64,000 nt of DNA from Cyanobacteriota bacterium (lineage in GTDB: Bacteria > Cyanobacteriota > Cyanobacteriia > PCC-6307 > Cyanobiaceae). Positions 1-10,021 of the stretch are shown here, piece after piece. Position numbers and translations under genes: made by a program. Every line of letters begins with the position of its first letter. Within the stretch, counting starts at the first letter, position 1. Below the pieces are notes generated by a model, which worked only from the letters and a program-made list of their open reading frames with translations, was not told the origin of the DNA and searched no databases. The stretch covers positions 160,001-224,000 of the forward strand of contig JBJOMY010000002.1 in the NCBI GenBank assembly GCA_046052125.1. Reading direction: 5' to 3'.

Positions 1-77
1 TGGCCGATTCCGATCCCAGCGCTGAGGCCAGCGAGCTGGGCTGGAAGCTCAACCCCCTGCTGGAGGCCCTGGCATGA
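1..77 (+). CDS. 3' end of a chorismate-binding enzyme (PabB/anthranilate synthase component I family), partial
   Basis: Frame from nt 3 reads ADSDPSAEASELGWKLNPLLEALA*, matching the C-terminal ADSDPxxExxE..K motif; stop overlaps the next ATG (ATGA). Confidence 0.65.
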   Translation, partial: ADSDPSAEASELGWKLNPLLEALA

Positions 78-886
78 GCAGCAGTGCAGTGGCGTTCTTC
101 GATGGCTGCTGGGCTGAGCCATCTCAGCTCTTCATTCCTCTGAGCGACCGCGGCCTGCAGTTGGCCGATGGCCTGTTTGAAACGGTGCTGGTGCTGAGCG
201 GCGAGCCCAAACTGCTGGAGGCCCATCTGGAGCGTTGGCAAACCAGCGCTGCTCTGCTCGCCATGGCCCCGCCGCCAGAGGCGGCTGAGGTGCAACCGCT
301 GATTCAAGAAGCGATTAGCCGGGCCGGTCTCCAGACAGGCAACGGCGCGCTGCGGCTGAACTGGAGCCGCGGCACCAGCCAGGGCCGCGGGATCGATGTT
401 CCAGATCAGGCCGAACCGCGCTTCTGGCTGCAACTGAGCCCGCACGAGCCGCTCTTCACTGCCCAAACGGCGATCGTGAGTCGCCATGAACGGCGCAACA
501 GCGCCAGCCGCTTGAGCCAATGCAAAACCTTTGCCTACGGGCAGGCGATTCAGGCGCGCCTGGAGGCACAGCAAGCCGGCGCCGATGAGGCCTTGTTGCT
601 GGGCTGCGGCGGTGAACTCTGCTGCGGCAGCACCGCCAACCTGCTGATCGAGCGCCAGGGGCAATGGCTCACTCCAGCGCTGAGCAGCGGCTGCCTACCC
701 GGAGTGATGCGGGGGCGACTGCTGGAGCTGGGCCTGGCCCGAGAGGCCCAGCTGCAAGCCACCCCTGAACCTGGCGACGCTTGGCTGTTGATCAACAGCC
801 TGGGCTGCCGGCCGCTCAGCTCCGTGGAAGGCCAAGCGCTTGAGCTCCGCCACGACGCCGCAGCGCTGTGGCGGAGTCTGCTTTAG
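74..886 (+). CDS. pabC: Class IV aminotransferase, probable 4-amino-4-deoxychorismate lyase
   Basis: DRGLxLADGLFET, GSTANL and CLPGVMR motifs; coupled to the upstream PabB-like gene. Confidence 0.75.
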   Translation: MSSSAVAFFDGCWAEPSQLFIPLSDRGLQLADGLFETVLVLSGEPKLLEAHLERWQTSAALLAMAPPPEAAEVQPLIQEAISRAGLQTGNGALRLNWSRGTSQGRGIDVPDQAEPRFWLQLSPHEPLFTAQTAIVSRHERRNSASRLSQCKTFAYGQAIQARLEAQQAGADEALLLGCGGELCCGSTANLLIERQGQWLTPALSSGCLPGVMRGRLLELGLAREAQLQATPEPGDAWLLINSLGCRPLSSVEGQALELRHDAAALWRSLL

Positions 887-910
887 TCGCGCATCGCTAG
901 GGCGACTCGC

Positions 911-1393
911 TCAGTTGCAGCCCTGCACGGAGATCCGATAGGTGAAGCCGGTGGCCGCCTGATCAGCACTGGCGCCGATCTTGAAGTTCACCTGGCTCAC
1001 GGTCTTACCGGGCACAGCTTGCACCACCCAGTCACGTCCGGTGCCAACCCCAGGGGTCAACGAATCGTTGATCACCTGCAGGTTGGAGCCATCGGTGAAT
1101 TTGAGATAACCCTGGATCGGATAAGTGGCGCTCACCGATGAGTTCGCCGTGAAGAACAACTTGTAAGAGTTGAAGGGCTGGGTCACGAAGAAATCCGTGT
1201 TCCAGTTGGGCCGGGTGAAGGGCAGCGGATTCCCGGGGCTGATGGTTTTGGTCACGATGTTGGTGACGCCATTGCCGCCGACCGGAGCCAGGAACTGACA
1301 GGTTTGGGCGGAAGCGGAAGCAGTGGCCATCAGCATGCAGCTGCCGGCGGATGCCAGGGCGAGCTGCATGGGCCGGCGCAGGGACAGACGCAT
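911..1393 (-). CDS. Secreted beta-rich hypothetical protein
   Basis: Signal peptide ending ASA-Q; a Cys near each end of the mature chain (TCQF...QGCN); start placed at ATG 1393. Confidence 0.7.
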   Translation of the reverse strand: MRLSLRRPMQLALASAGSCMLMATASASAQTCQFLAPVGGNGVTNIVTKTISPGNPLPFTRPNWNTDFFVTQPFNSYKLFFTANSSVSATYPIQGYLKFTDGSNLQVINDSLTPGVGTGRDWVVQAVPGKTVSQVNFKIGASADQAATGFTYRISVQGCN

Positions 1394-1464
1394 CGAAAAC
1401 GTTCCTGAATGTCGGACCCGATTGTGCATCAAATCCCACAACATGGGCGCAGTTGCCTCTGCCC

Positions 1465-3042
1465 ATGTCGGCGACCAGCAGCCATCCAACCCAGGCTCCA
1501 GAGGGGTTAAAGCGCAGCCTCGGCTTGCGAAGTCTCACCCTGGCGGTGGTCACCAGCACCATCGGTTCGGGTTGGCTGTTTGCCCCGCTCTATGCCGCCC
1601 GCTTCGCCGGTAGCGCCAGTTTGCTGGCCTGGCTATTGGGAGGGCTGATGACCTTTGCCCTGGCGCTGGTGTTCGCCGAACTCGGCGCCCTGGTGCCCAG
1701 CTCCGGAGCCCTGGCCCAGATCCCGCTGCTCAGCCATGGCCGCTGGGCGGGCTTCATCGGCGGCTGGTGCGCCTGGATCGCCTACCTCACGTTGCCAACG
1801 ATTGAAGTGTTGGCGATGGTGCAATACCTGGCCAGCAGCTTCCCCTGGCTCACTGCCGATGGGGGGCAGGGACAGGTGCTCAGCTCAGCCGGACTGGGCA
1901 TCGCCGCCGCGCTGTTGGTGCTGATGGCCTGGATCAACCTGGCTGGCGTGAGCTGGCTGGCCCGCTGGATTGACGGACTCACCAGCTGGAAGCTGGTGGT
2001 GCCGCTCCTGGTGTCGCTGAGCCTGATGGCCGTGGCGGGCCATTGGAGCAATCTCAGCCTCAGCAGCAACGCCCAAGGCGCAGGCCTCACAGGCGTGGTG
2101 GGTGCCATCAGCGGCGGCGGCATCCTGTTCAGCCTTCTGGGCTTCCGCACCGCCATGGATCTGGCCGGTGAAGCCCGCAACCCGCAACGCAACGTGCCCC
2201 TGGCGATGGGGCTGGGACTCGGGATCTCGCTGGCGATCTATCTGGTGCTGCAGTTGAGCTTCCTGGTGGCGGTGCCGCCCCAGGCCCTGGCGCAGGGCTG
2301 GGGCAGCCTGCAGCTCACCGCCCACGGCGGACCGCTGGTGGCGATCGCCACGGGTCTCGGCATGGGCTGGGTGGTGATGCTCCTGCTCAGCGATGCAGTG
2401 ATCTCTCCCGGCGCCACGGCCATGACCTACATGGGCGTCTCAGCGCGGGTGGCCTGGATGATGGGAAAGCTCGGACTCCTGCCCGCCTCCATGGGCCGAC
2501 TCAACCGCCAGGCCGTGCCGGTGGTGGCGCTGCTCTGGAGCCTGTTGATCGGCGTGGTGATGCTGCTGGGAGGGCCCAGCTGGCAACAGGTGGTGAGCTT
2601 CCTCACCGCCACGCTGGTGATCGCTCTGGCTGTCGGCCCGGTGAGCCTGCTCGCCCTCAGGCGGCAACTGCCCCAGGCCGATCGCGCCTTCCGCCTGCCG
2701 TGGGCTGAACTGGTCTGCCCACTCACGTTCGTGCCCGCCAGCTGGGCCGTGATCTGGTGCGGCCGTAGTGCCCTGGAAGGAGCGATCCTGCTGGTGGTGG
2801 TGCCGTCACTGTTGTTCGGCCTGCTGCAGAGCCGAAGCCAACAACAGCTCCACGCCGGCTCAGGCAGCTGGTGGTTTCTCTATCTCGGCGGTCTGCTGTT
2901 GATTGCAGAACTCAGCCAGGGCGGTGCGAGTCAGCTGGTGCTGGTGGCCCTGTTTGCCCTGGCTGTGTTTCCGATCGCTGTTCGGGCGCGGCTACCAAGG
3001 GCCTCAGCAGAGGCCCAGGTGGCCATGGAACTCACACCGTGA
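1465..3042 (+). CDS. APC family amino acid permease
   Basis: LKRSLG..TIGSGW, AELG..PSSG and AGEARNPQRNVP motifs; 12 or more hydrophobic segments. Confidence 0.9.
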   Translation: MSATSSHPTQAPEGLKRSLGLRSLTLAVVTSTIGSGWLFAPLYAARFAGSASLLAWLLGGLMTFALALVFAELGALVPSSGALAQIPLLSHGRWAGFIGGWCAWIAYLTLPTIEVLAMVQYLASSFPWLTADGGQGQVLSSAGLGIAAALLVLMAWINLAGVSWLARWIDGLTSWKLVVPLLVSLSLMAVAGHWSNLSLSSNAQGAGLTGVVGAISGGGILFSLLGFRTAMDLAGEARNPQRNVPLAMGLGLGISLAIYLVLQLSFLVAVPPQALAQGWGSLQLTAHGGPLVAIATGLGMGWVVMLLLSDAVISPGATAMTYMGVSARVAWMMGKLGLLPASMGRLNRQAVPVVALLWSLLIGVVMLLGGPSWQQVVSFLTATLVIALAVGPVSLLALRRQLPQADRAFRLPWAELVCPLTFVPASWAVIWCGRSALEGAILLVVVPSLLFGLLQSRSQQQLHAGSGSWWFLYLGGLLLIAELSQGGASQLVLVALFALAVFPIAVRARLPRASAEAQVAMELTP

Positions 3043-3739
3043 GGAAGCGATCCACCACGTCCTTGCTCAGTTCGCTGGTGGGTCCGCTGGCCACGATCCC
3101 GCCGCGCTGCATCGCGTAGTAGCGATCCGCCTGACGCACGAAGTGCAGGTGCTGCTCCACGAGCAACACGCTGATGCCGGTGGCCTCGATGATGCGGCGC
3201 ACAGCGCGCTCGATATCGAGCACCACCGAAGGCTGAATGCCCTCGGTGGGTTCATCGAGTAGCAGCAACTTCGGCTTCCCGAGCAGGGCTCGGGCAATGG
3301 CGAGCTGTTGCTGCTGGCCGCCGGAGAGATCACCGCCGCGACGGGCCAGGAATTTCTCCAGGATCGGGAACAGCTCGAACACGAGCGGATCGATATGGCG
3401 GTGTTTCGCCATCCCACCCGGCAGGGCCTCCAGACCAAGCAGCAGGTTTTCGCGCACGGTGAGCTGGGGGATGATCTCCCGCCCCTGAGGCACGTAGCCC
3501 ACACCCACGCGAGCGCGCCGGTGGGGCGGCAGTCCGGCGAGAGCGCGCCCTTCGAGCGACAGATCCCCACTGCGTTGCTGCAGGAGTCCGATCACCGTTT
3601 TGAGCAAGGTGGTCTTGCCGACACCATTGCGGCCGATCAGGCACACCATCTCCCCAGGAGCAACGCTGAGGTCGACATCCCGCAGGATATGGCTCTCGCC
3701 GTAATAGACGTTGAGCCCACGAATATCGAGCAGGGTCAT
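3032..3739 (-). CDS. urtE: Urea ABC transporter ATP-binding subunit
   Basis: GRNGVGKT, LSGGQQQQ, DEPTEGIQPS; last gene of the urt operon. Confidence 0.95.
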   Translation of the reverse strand: MTLLDIRGLNVYYGESHILRDVDLSVAPGEMVCLIGRNGVGKTTLLKTVIGLLQQRSGDLSLEGRALAGLPPHRRARVGVGYVPQGREIIPQLTVRENLLLGLEALPGGMAKHRHIDPLVFELFPILEKFLARRGGDLSGGQQQQLAIARALLGKPKLLLLDEPTEGIQPSVVLDIERAVRRIIEATGISVLLVEQHLHFVRQADRYYAMQRGGIVASGPTSELSKDVVDRFLTV

Positions 3740-4506
3740 GCCATCTCCTCCGGATTGTCGCTGCCGAGATACACCTCAATCACCCTTGGATCGTTCTGAA
3801 CCTGATCCATGGAACCCTCACACAGCACATGACCTTCATGCAGCACCGTGACCGGTGCCTGCAGGTCGCGGATGAACTCCATGTCGTGCTCAATCACCAA
3901 CACGGTGTGATCACCGGCCAGCTGTTTGAGCAGATCAGCGGTGCGCTCGGTTTCCTCATCGGTGAGGCCCGCCACCGGTTCATCCACCAGCAACAGCTCA
4001 GGATCCTGCGCCACGAGCATGGCGATCTCGAGCCACTGCTTCTGGCCGTGGGAGAGGCCTCCCGCCGGCTGCTGAGCCTGCCGTTCCAGACCCACCACCG
4101 CGAGCAGGTGCTGCACACGGTCGCGCTGCTCGGCTGAGAGCGATCCGAACAACAACGCCGCCGGGCCATGGGGGCCCCGCACCGCCAGTTCGAGATTGCG
4201 GCGCGGCGAGAGGTTCTGATAAACGCGGGGCGTCTGGAACTTGCGGCCGATGCCCAACCGGGAGATGTGATGCTCACTGCGACCGGCGATGGAGCGGCCG
4301 CGGAACACCACATCCCCCTTGGTGGGTTTCACCTTGCCGGTGATCACATCAAGGAAGGTGGTCTTGCCGGCACCGTTGGGGCCGATCACCGCCCGCAGCT
4401 CGCCCGGGGCCAGCTGCAGGTTGAGGTCGTTGAGGGCCAGAAAACCGTCAAAGCTGACGGTCACGCCCTGCAGTTCAAGCAGGTTCATCGAATGCGTGGT
4501 GGTCAT
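3736..4506 (-). CDS. urtD: Urea ABC transporter ATP-binding subunit
   Basis: GPNGAGKT, LSHGQKQWLEI, DEPVAG. Confidence 0.95.
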   Translation of the reverse strand: MTTTHSMNLLELQGVTVSFDGFLALNDLNLQLAPGELRAVIGPNGAGKTTFLDVITGKVKPTKGDVVFRGRSIAGRSEHHISRLGIGRKFQTPRVYQNLSPRRNLELAVRGPHGPAALLFGSLSAEQRDRVQHLLAVVGLERQAQQPAGGLSHGQKQWLEIAMLVAQDPELLLVDEPVAGLTDEETERTADLLKQLAGDHTVLVIEHDMEFIRDLQAPVTVLHEGHVLCEGSMDQVQNDPRVIEVYLGSDNPEEMA

Positions 4507-5660
4507 CAGCGCTGTCCTCCGCTGCGGCTGGCGAGTTGGTCACCCTCGGCCTGCACCTGGGGATCGAGTTCCAGGGCCGGGTAGGTGGAGCTGCGGGGGG
4601 TAAAGCCCACCATCGCGATCAGGCGGCCGGGGCCACCCTGTCGCCACCAGCCCACCAACCCATCAGGCAGAGCCAGCACCACCAACAGGAACAAACCGCC
4701 CTGGATGAACAGCCAGGTTTCCGGCAGAGCTTCACTCACCAAGCTCTTGGCGTAGTTGATCAACACCGCACCGAGGAGGGCGCCGAACAGGGTGCCGCGT
4801 CCACCCACCGCCACCCAGATCACCATCTCGATCGAGAAGGGAACGGCCATGTACTGAGGCGACACGATGCCGGACTGCACCGTGTAAAGCGCACCGCTGA
4901 TGCCCGCCAGGGCACCGGCGACAGCGAACACAACAGTCTTGTAAGCGGTTGGGTTGTAGCCGGTGAAACGCAGTCTGGGCTCGTCGTCGCGAATGGCGAT
5001 GAGGGCATCACCAAAGCGGCCACTGGTGAGCCAGCGGCAGAGCAAAAAGGCGAGCACCGTGAGCACCACCGTGAGCCAGAAGAGGTTGCGCTGCATCGCA
5101 TCACTGCCGATCAGCTCGCCAAAGATGCGGGCTGTGGAGGTTTTCAGGCCATTGGTGCCATTGATCAACTTCTGCTGACCGTTGAAGAAGTTGAAAAACA
5201 CCAGGAGCGCCGCCTGGGTGAGGATCGAGAAATAGACCCCCTTGATGCGGTTGCGGAACACCAGATAGCCGAGGGCACCGGCAACCAGCGCCGGGATCAC
5301 CCAGATGGCGAAGAAGGTGAACAAGGGCGATTCAAACGGTTGCCAGAACGCCGGCAGGCTCTTCACGCCATAGAGGGAGAAAAACTCCGGCAGCTCACCG
5401 GGTTTGAGCTCATTGAGCTGCAAATACATCGCCAGGGCGTAGCCACCCAGGGCAAAGAAGATGCCCTGGCCCAGGCTGAGCAAGCCCGTGTAACCCCAGA
5501 TCAGATCCACGCCGAGGGCAACGATGCCCAACGACAGGAAACGGCCGAGCAAATTCAAACGGAAGGGCGACAGCAGCGCCGGCAACACCAGGGCAGCCAC
5601 CACGATCAAGAGCCAAGGCAGCCAACGACGCAGCTGCCGGGAGGCAAACAGATCAGCCAT
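4506..5660 (-). CDS. urtC: Urea ABC transporter permease
   Basis: WGYTGLLSLGQG, KGVYFSILTQA, VAVGGRGTL. Confidence 0.95.
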   Translation of the reverse strand: MADLFASRQLRRWLPWLLIVVAALVLPALLSPFRLNLLGRFLSLGIVALGVDLIWGYTGLLSLGQGIFFALGGYALAMYLQLNELKPGELPEFFSLYGVKSLPAFWQPFESPLFTFFAIWVIPALVAGALGYLVFRNRIKGVYFSILTQAALLVFFNFFNGQQKLINGTNGLKTSTARIFGELIGSDAMQRNLFWLTVVLTVLAFLLCRWLTSGRFGDALIAIRDDEPRLRFTGYNPTAYKTVVFAVAGALAGISGALYTVQSGIVSPQYMAVPFSIEMVIWVAVGGRGTLFGALLGAVLINYAKSLVSEALPETWLFIQGGLFLLVVLALPDGLVGWWRQGGPGRLIAMVGFTPRSSTYPALELDPQVQAEGDQLASRSGGQR

Positions 5661-5663
5661 CGA

Positions 5664-6821
5664 TCAGGCCTCCACCATCCGACCTTTCTGCGGGAACAGG
5701 CCAGCGGGCCTGATCTGCAGAAACACCACGATTAAGGCAAACACGAGCACCTTCGCCATCGACGTGGTGGCGAAGAACGTGATCACCGTATTGAGACCTT
5801 CCGGCATCGCCGGCCACACCAGCAGCAGGGAGCCGGAGCCCACCACATAACTGAGCACGCCAATGCCTAAGGCCGCGAGCACGGTGCCGGCCAACTTGCC
5901 CACACCGCCAAGCACCACCACCATGAAGCAATCCACGATGTAGTTGCCGCCGAGATTCGGACCCACCGATCCCAGAAGCGTCACCGCCACACCAGCCACG
6001 CCGGCCAAACCAGAGCCGATCAGGAACGTGAGCGCATCCACCTTTTCCGTGGGAATGCCGAGACAATCACTCATCGTGCGGTTCTGGGTGACGGCACGAA
6101 TGCGCATCCCCCACACACTCTTCTGCAGAAACCAGTTCACCAACAGCAGCGCCACGATCGTGAGCGCGATGATGAACAAACGGGCCGCCGGCATGTTCAC
6201 CGCACCCACATCAATCGAGCCGCGCAGCCACACCGGAGCAGTGACATCGATGTTGCGGGCACTGAACCAGGGCTGATCAAACACCCTCTGCTCGCCGAGC
6301 AGTGAAGCGATCACCACACCCACTAAACCGGTCACCACCCAGCTGCCGGTGCCGAGCAACGGCGTCCAGCGCTGCTGCCACCAGCGAGCGGGCGTACAGC
6401 GAGGAATCAACAGACCCGCCACCACGGCAACCACCAGCCCGATCGCAAAAGCGCTCGACACCGAGCGCACGAATTGCTGCAGGATCAGGCTCACGCCCCA
6501 GGTGGCCAGCAACGTTTCCAGGGGCCGTCCATACAGCCGCCGAATCACCGTTTTCTCGAGCAGCAAACCAGCCAACCCACTCACCAGAAAGGCGCAGGGC
6601 AAGGCCACCAGGATGTAGATCGGAAACAGCGCCTCAGGCAGCACCGCTTTAAAGATGTTCTGCACCACAAACGTGGTGTAAGCGCCAAGCATCATCAACT
6701 CGCCATGGGCCATGTTGATGACACCCATCAGGCCAAACACCACCGCCAGGCCCAGTGCAGCCAGCACCAGAACCGAGCCGATGGCCAGGCCGTTGAAGAG
6801 TGTGTCGTAGAGAAGATCCAT
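5664..6821 (-). CDS. urtB: Urea ABC transporter permease
   Basis: FGLMGVINMAHGE, YGRPLETLLATWG; start trimmed to MDLLYDTLFNG. Confidence 0.95.
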   Translation of the reverse strand: MDLLYDTLFNGLAIGSVLVLAALGLAVVFGLMGVINMAHGELMMLGAYTTFVVQNIFKAVLPEALFPIYILVALPCAFLVSGLAGLLLEKTVIRRLYGRPLETLLATWGVSLILQQFVRSVSSAFAIGLVVAVVAGLLIPRCTPARWWQQRWTPLLGTGSWVVTGLVGVVIASLLGEQRVFDQPWFSARNIDVTAPVWLRGSIDVGAVNMPAARLFIIALTIVALLLVNWFLQKSVWGMRIRAVTQNRTMSDCLGIPTEKVDALTFLIGSGLAGVAGVAVTLLGSVGPNLGGNYIVDCFMVVVLGGVGKLAGTVLAALGIGVLSYVVGSGSLLLVWPAMPEGLNTVITFFATTSMAKVLVFALIVVFLQIRPAGLFPQKGRMVEA

Positions 6822-6871
6822 CGCGACCAGCAGCGGTCTCAGGCAAAGGGAAAAAACAAAAGCAGGGAAAC

Positions 6872-6896
6872 AAAAAGGGGGAGATTGCTCTCCCCC
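6872..6896 (-). terminator. Intrinsic terminator/stabilising hairpin between urtA and urtB
   Basis: Minus strand GGGGGAGA-GCAA-TCTCCCCC-TTTTT: 8-bp stem, GNRA loop, U-tract. Confidence 0.75.
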
Positions 6897-6926
6897 CAAT
6901 CCCTCAAGAGATGCCAGATGTGTGGA

Positions 6927-8219
6927 TCACATCTTGTACTTGCCTGCGTCGGGACGGTTCTGGGTCCAGTCACAGGTGTAGCCCTTGGTTTCAGGCACGT
7001 ACTGGTTCCAGGCCACAGGCTTCACGAAGCCCTTGTTCTCGAGAATCTTGAACATGCCGTCCTTCTGAACCTCGCCGATCAGCACAAGCTTCTCAACGTG
7101 GTGGTTGGGCATCACGGTCACCTTGCCTTCGGGAGCATCGAAGCTCACGCCGATCAGGGCCTCACGCACCTTGTTGTCGTCGACGCTGTTGGCTTTTTCA
7201 GCAGCAGCAGCCCACAGGTAGACCATCATGTAGGCGGCTTCAGCGGGGTCGTTGGTGACGCGCTTATCGCCGTACTTCGCCTTGAAGTTCTTGGTGAACT
7301 CCTTGGAAGCGGGGGTGTCGAGGCTCTGGAAGAAGTTCCAGGCGGCGTAGGTGCCTTCGAGGTACTCAGGACCGATGGCGGCGATCTCCTCTTCGGCGAT
7401 CGAGAAGCTCATGATCGAGTAGCCGTTGGCCGGGGTGATGCCGGCAGCCTTCATCTGCTTGAAGAAGGCCACGTTGCTATCGCCATTGAGGGTGTTAACA
7501 ATCACACCGCCCTTGGGCAGCGCCTGCTTGATCTTGGCGATGATCGGAGCCACTTCGGTGTTACCGAGGGGCAGGTAGTCCTCACCGACCACCTTGCCGC
7601 CATTGGCCTTCAGCTGCTCCTTCATGATGGTGTTGGCGGTACGTGGATACACGTAATCCGAGCCCACCAGGAAGAAGTCTTTGCCCTTGTTCTTCAGCAG
7701 CCAATCCACAGCGGGCTCAGCCTGCTGGTTGGGAGCAGCACCGCTATAGAAGATGTTCTTGGAGCACTCCTGACCTTCGTACTGAATCGGATAGAAGAGG
7801 AAGTGATCCTTGGCTTCGAACACCGGCAGCATCGCCTTGCGGCTGGCGGAGGTCCAACCACCAAACACGACGGACACCTTGTCCTGATCGATCAGTTTGG
7901 TGGCCTTCTCAGCGAAGGTGGGCCAATCGGAAGCACCGTCTTCCTCGATCGGAACGATCTTGAGCTTCTTGCCGTCGATGGTGATCCCGCCCTTGGCGTT
8001 GATCTCATCGATGGCCATCAGCTCAGCTTCGGCCACCGTGTTTTCGGAGATGGCCATGGTGCCAGAGCGGCTGTGAAGGATGCCCACCTTCACTTCGCCG
8101 TCGAAATCACCACCGGCCTTCTCACCGCCGCCGCAGGCCACCAGCGAGAGGGAGGTGGCGAGGGCCGTGGCACCGCCCAGTAGACGCAGCGAAGTCTTCC
8201 GCATCGAAGGGGACGTCAT
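6927..8219 (-). CDS. urtA: Urea ABC transporter substrate-binding lipoprotein
   Basis: Lipobox LVAC, VGILHSRSGTMAISE, EDGASDWPTFAEKA, GWTSASRK, YEGQE. Confidence 0.95.
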   Translation of the reverse strand: MTSPSMRKTSLRLLGGATALATSLSLVACGGGEKAGGDFDGEVKVGILHSRSGTMAISENTVAEAELMAIDEINAKGGITIDGKKLKIVPIEEDGASDWPTFAEKATKLIDQDKVSVVFGGWTSASRKAMLPVFEAKDHFLFYPIQYEGQECSKNIFYSGAAPNQQAEPAVDWLLKNKGKDFFLVGSDYVYPRTANTIMKEQLKANGGKVVGEDYLPLGNTEVAPIIAKIKQALPKGGVIVNTLNGDSNVAFFKQMKAAGITPANGYSIMSFSIAEEEIAAIGPEYLEGTYAAWNFFQSLDTPASKEFTKNFKAKYGDKRVTNDPAEAAYMMVYLWAAAAEKANSVDDNKVREALIGVSFDAPEGKVTVMPNHHVEKLVLIGEVQKDGMFKILENKGFVKPVAWNQYVPETKGYTCDWTQNRPDAGKYKM

Positions 8220-8264
8220 ACAAGGAAAGTCACAAAAGGGCTGCCGCCGATCAGCGGTGAGCGG

Positions 8265-8307
8265 AACGTATCGGCGCGGCAGACCCCGCTTTGGTAGCCG
8301 ATCGAAC
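8265..8307 (-). promoter_or_regulatory. NtcA-activated promoter of urtA
   Basis: Minus strand GTT-CGATCGGC-TAC (8307-8294), 23-nt spacer, -10 hexamer TACGTT (8270-8265). Confidence 0.7.
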
Positions 8308-8376
8308 AATTTCCTCAACTCGCGAGACTCATTGCCCCGCAGGCAATCTCAAGGGCCGCCACCACGCCGCTTGACT

Positions 8377-8390
8377 GTGTCGGTTGCTAC
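8377..8390 (-). promoter_or_regulatory. Second, distal NtcA-like site upstream of urtA
   Basis: Minus strand GTAGCAACCGACAC (GTA-N8-CAC). Confidence 0.5.
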
Positions 8391-8402
8391 TAACCGCGGC
8401 GA

Positions 8403-9008
8403 TCAGCCCGGCAATTGCTTCAACACAAACGCTTCAACCTCTGCGAGTCCCTCGCCGGAATGGAGGTTGGTGAAACACCAGGGGCGGCCCGAACGCATCC
8501 GCTCGGTGTCGCGCTCCATCACCTCAAGGCTGGCTCCCACCAGGGGCGCCAGATCGATCTTGTTGATCACCAACAGATCGGAGCGGGTGATGCCTGGGCC
8601 GCCCTTGCGGGGAATCTTGTCGCCGGCCGCCACATCAATCACATAGATGCAGAGGTCCACCAGCTCCGGGCTGAAGCTGGCGGCCAGGTTGTCGCCACCG
8701 CTCTCCACCAGCACCAGATCCAGCCCTGGATAGGCGGCCTCCAGCTCAGCCACCGCCGCCCGATTGATCGAGCAGTCTTCGCGGATGGCGGTGTGAGGGC
8801 AACCGCCCGTTTCCACGCCACGGATGCGCCCCGGTTCCAGGGCTCCAGCGCGGGTGAGGAACTGGGCATCTTCCTGCGTGTAGATGTCGTTGGTGACCAC
8901 CGCGAGCTCGAGCCGATCCCGCAGACGGCGGCAGAGCGCCTCCACCAAGGCGGTTTTGCCGGATCCCACGGGACCGGCCACCCCGACGCGTAGACGACTG
9001 GGTGCCAT
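8403..9008 (-). CDS. ureG: Urease accessory GTPase
   Basis: [13 protein letters not shown] Ni motif, ESGGDNL, NKID. Confidence 0.97.
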   Translation of the reverse strand: MAPSRLRVGVAGPVGSGKTALVEALCRRLRDRLELAVVTNDIYTQEDAQFLTRAGALEPGRIRGVETGGCPHTAIREDCSINRAAVAELEAAYPGLDLVLVESGGDNLAASFSPELVDLCIYVIDVAAGDKIPRKGGPGITRSDLLVINKIDLAPLVGASLEVMERDTERMRSGRPWCFTNLHSGEGLAEVEAFVLKQLPG

Positions 9009-10021
9009 CAACGCACCACCTGATCCGCCCGCTTCAGCAGCTCGTCGGGCACGCTGACGCCGATCGCCTTGGCGGTGGCCAGGCTCACCAGCAGATCCGT
9101 CTTGGTGAGCGGTTCGAACGCCATCTGAGCGGGCGACTCGCCCTTGAGCACGCGCACCGCCAGGCGCCCAGCGGCGGCGCCGTCATCGCGGTAGTTCCAA
9201 CCGATCACCGCCAGGCAACCAGGGAGCTGAATATCGGGCGGATCAACGGAATACACCGGAATACGGTTCTCCAGGCCCACCTTGCAGATGGCAGCGAAGG
9301 CCTGAATGGTGGCGTAATCGCCGATTTTCACGAACGCCTCCACCTCCTTCTCCGCGAGGGCCTTGGCGGCCTGCTGCACCTCACCGGAATTGGCCACCGC
9401 CTGCTCCACCAGGGTGATGCCGCGTTTCTCGGCTTCCTTGCGCAGGATCTTGGCTTCGTAATCGGAGTTGGGCTCACCTGGATTGAAAATCAATCCCACG
9501 GACTTGATCGCCGGATTCACCTGCCGCGCCAGGTCCAGCTCCTGGCCCACGGGGTTGGTGCCCACGGTGCCCACCACATTCGGGCGATGCTGCCCCACGC
9601 CACCGGGCGGGGTGCCAGCGCCGGCACCCCACGGATTGGAGCAGTAGCAGAACACCACCGGAATCGACTCCGGCATCACCTTCATTGCGGCCTGCAGCGG
9701 CGGCGTCCCCACCGCCAGCACCATGTCCACGTTCTCCGCCAGGAACTGCTTCATCACCAGGGTGGTGTTGGGCAGCTCACCGGCCGCGTCCTTGCGCAGG
9801 AAGGTGGCGGTGTCGCCGTCGCGGTAGCCGGCGGCGGCCAACGCCTCCTCAAATCCCTCGCGGGTGAGGTTGGGCGGCGGTGCATCCACCATCTGCAACA
9901 TGCCGATCAGCGGGCCCTTGCGCGGTGCCTTGCCACCAAGGCGGCCGCAGGAGGCCAGCACGAGCGAACTGCCGAGGCCCGCACCAGCGAGAGCCAGAAA
10001 CCGACGGCGGGGCAGGGTCAT
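9008..10021 (-). CDS. ABC transporter substrate-binding lipoprotein (ABC_sub_bind/COG2984-like), Tat signal
   Basis: PRRRFL twin-arginine motif plus lipobox [16 protein letters not shown] and [13 protein letters not shown] segments typical of the family. Confidence 0.85.
   Translation of the reverse strand: MTLPRRRFLALAGAGLGSSLVLASCGRLGGKAPRKGPLIGMLQMVDAPPPNLTREGFEEALAAAGYRDGDTATFLRKDAAGELPNTTLVMKQFLAENVDMVLAVGTPPLQAAMKVMPESIPVVFCYCSNPWGAGAGTPPGGVGQHRPNVVGTVGTNPVGQELDLARQVNPAIKSVGLIFNPGEPNSDYEAKILRKEAEKRGITLVEQAVANSGEVQQAAKALAEKEVEAFVKIGDYATIQAFAAICKVGLENRIPVYSVDPPDIQLPGCLAVIGWNYRDDGAAAGRLAVRVLKGESPAQMAFEPLTKTDLLVSLATAKAIGVSVPDELLKRADQVVR

Noticed and set aside
6474..8183. 569-aa + strand ORF
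   Set aside because: Antisense shadow of urtA/urtB caused by high-GC codon bias; no motifs.
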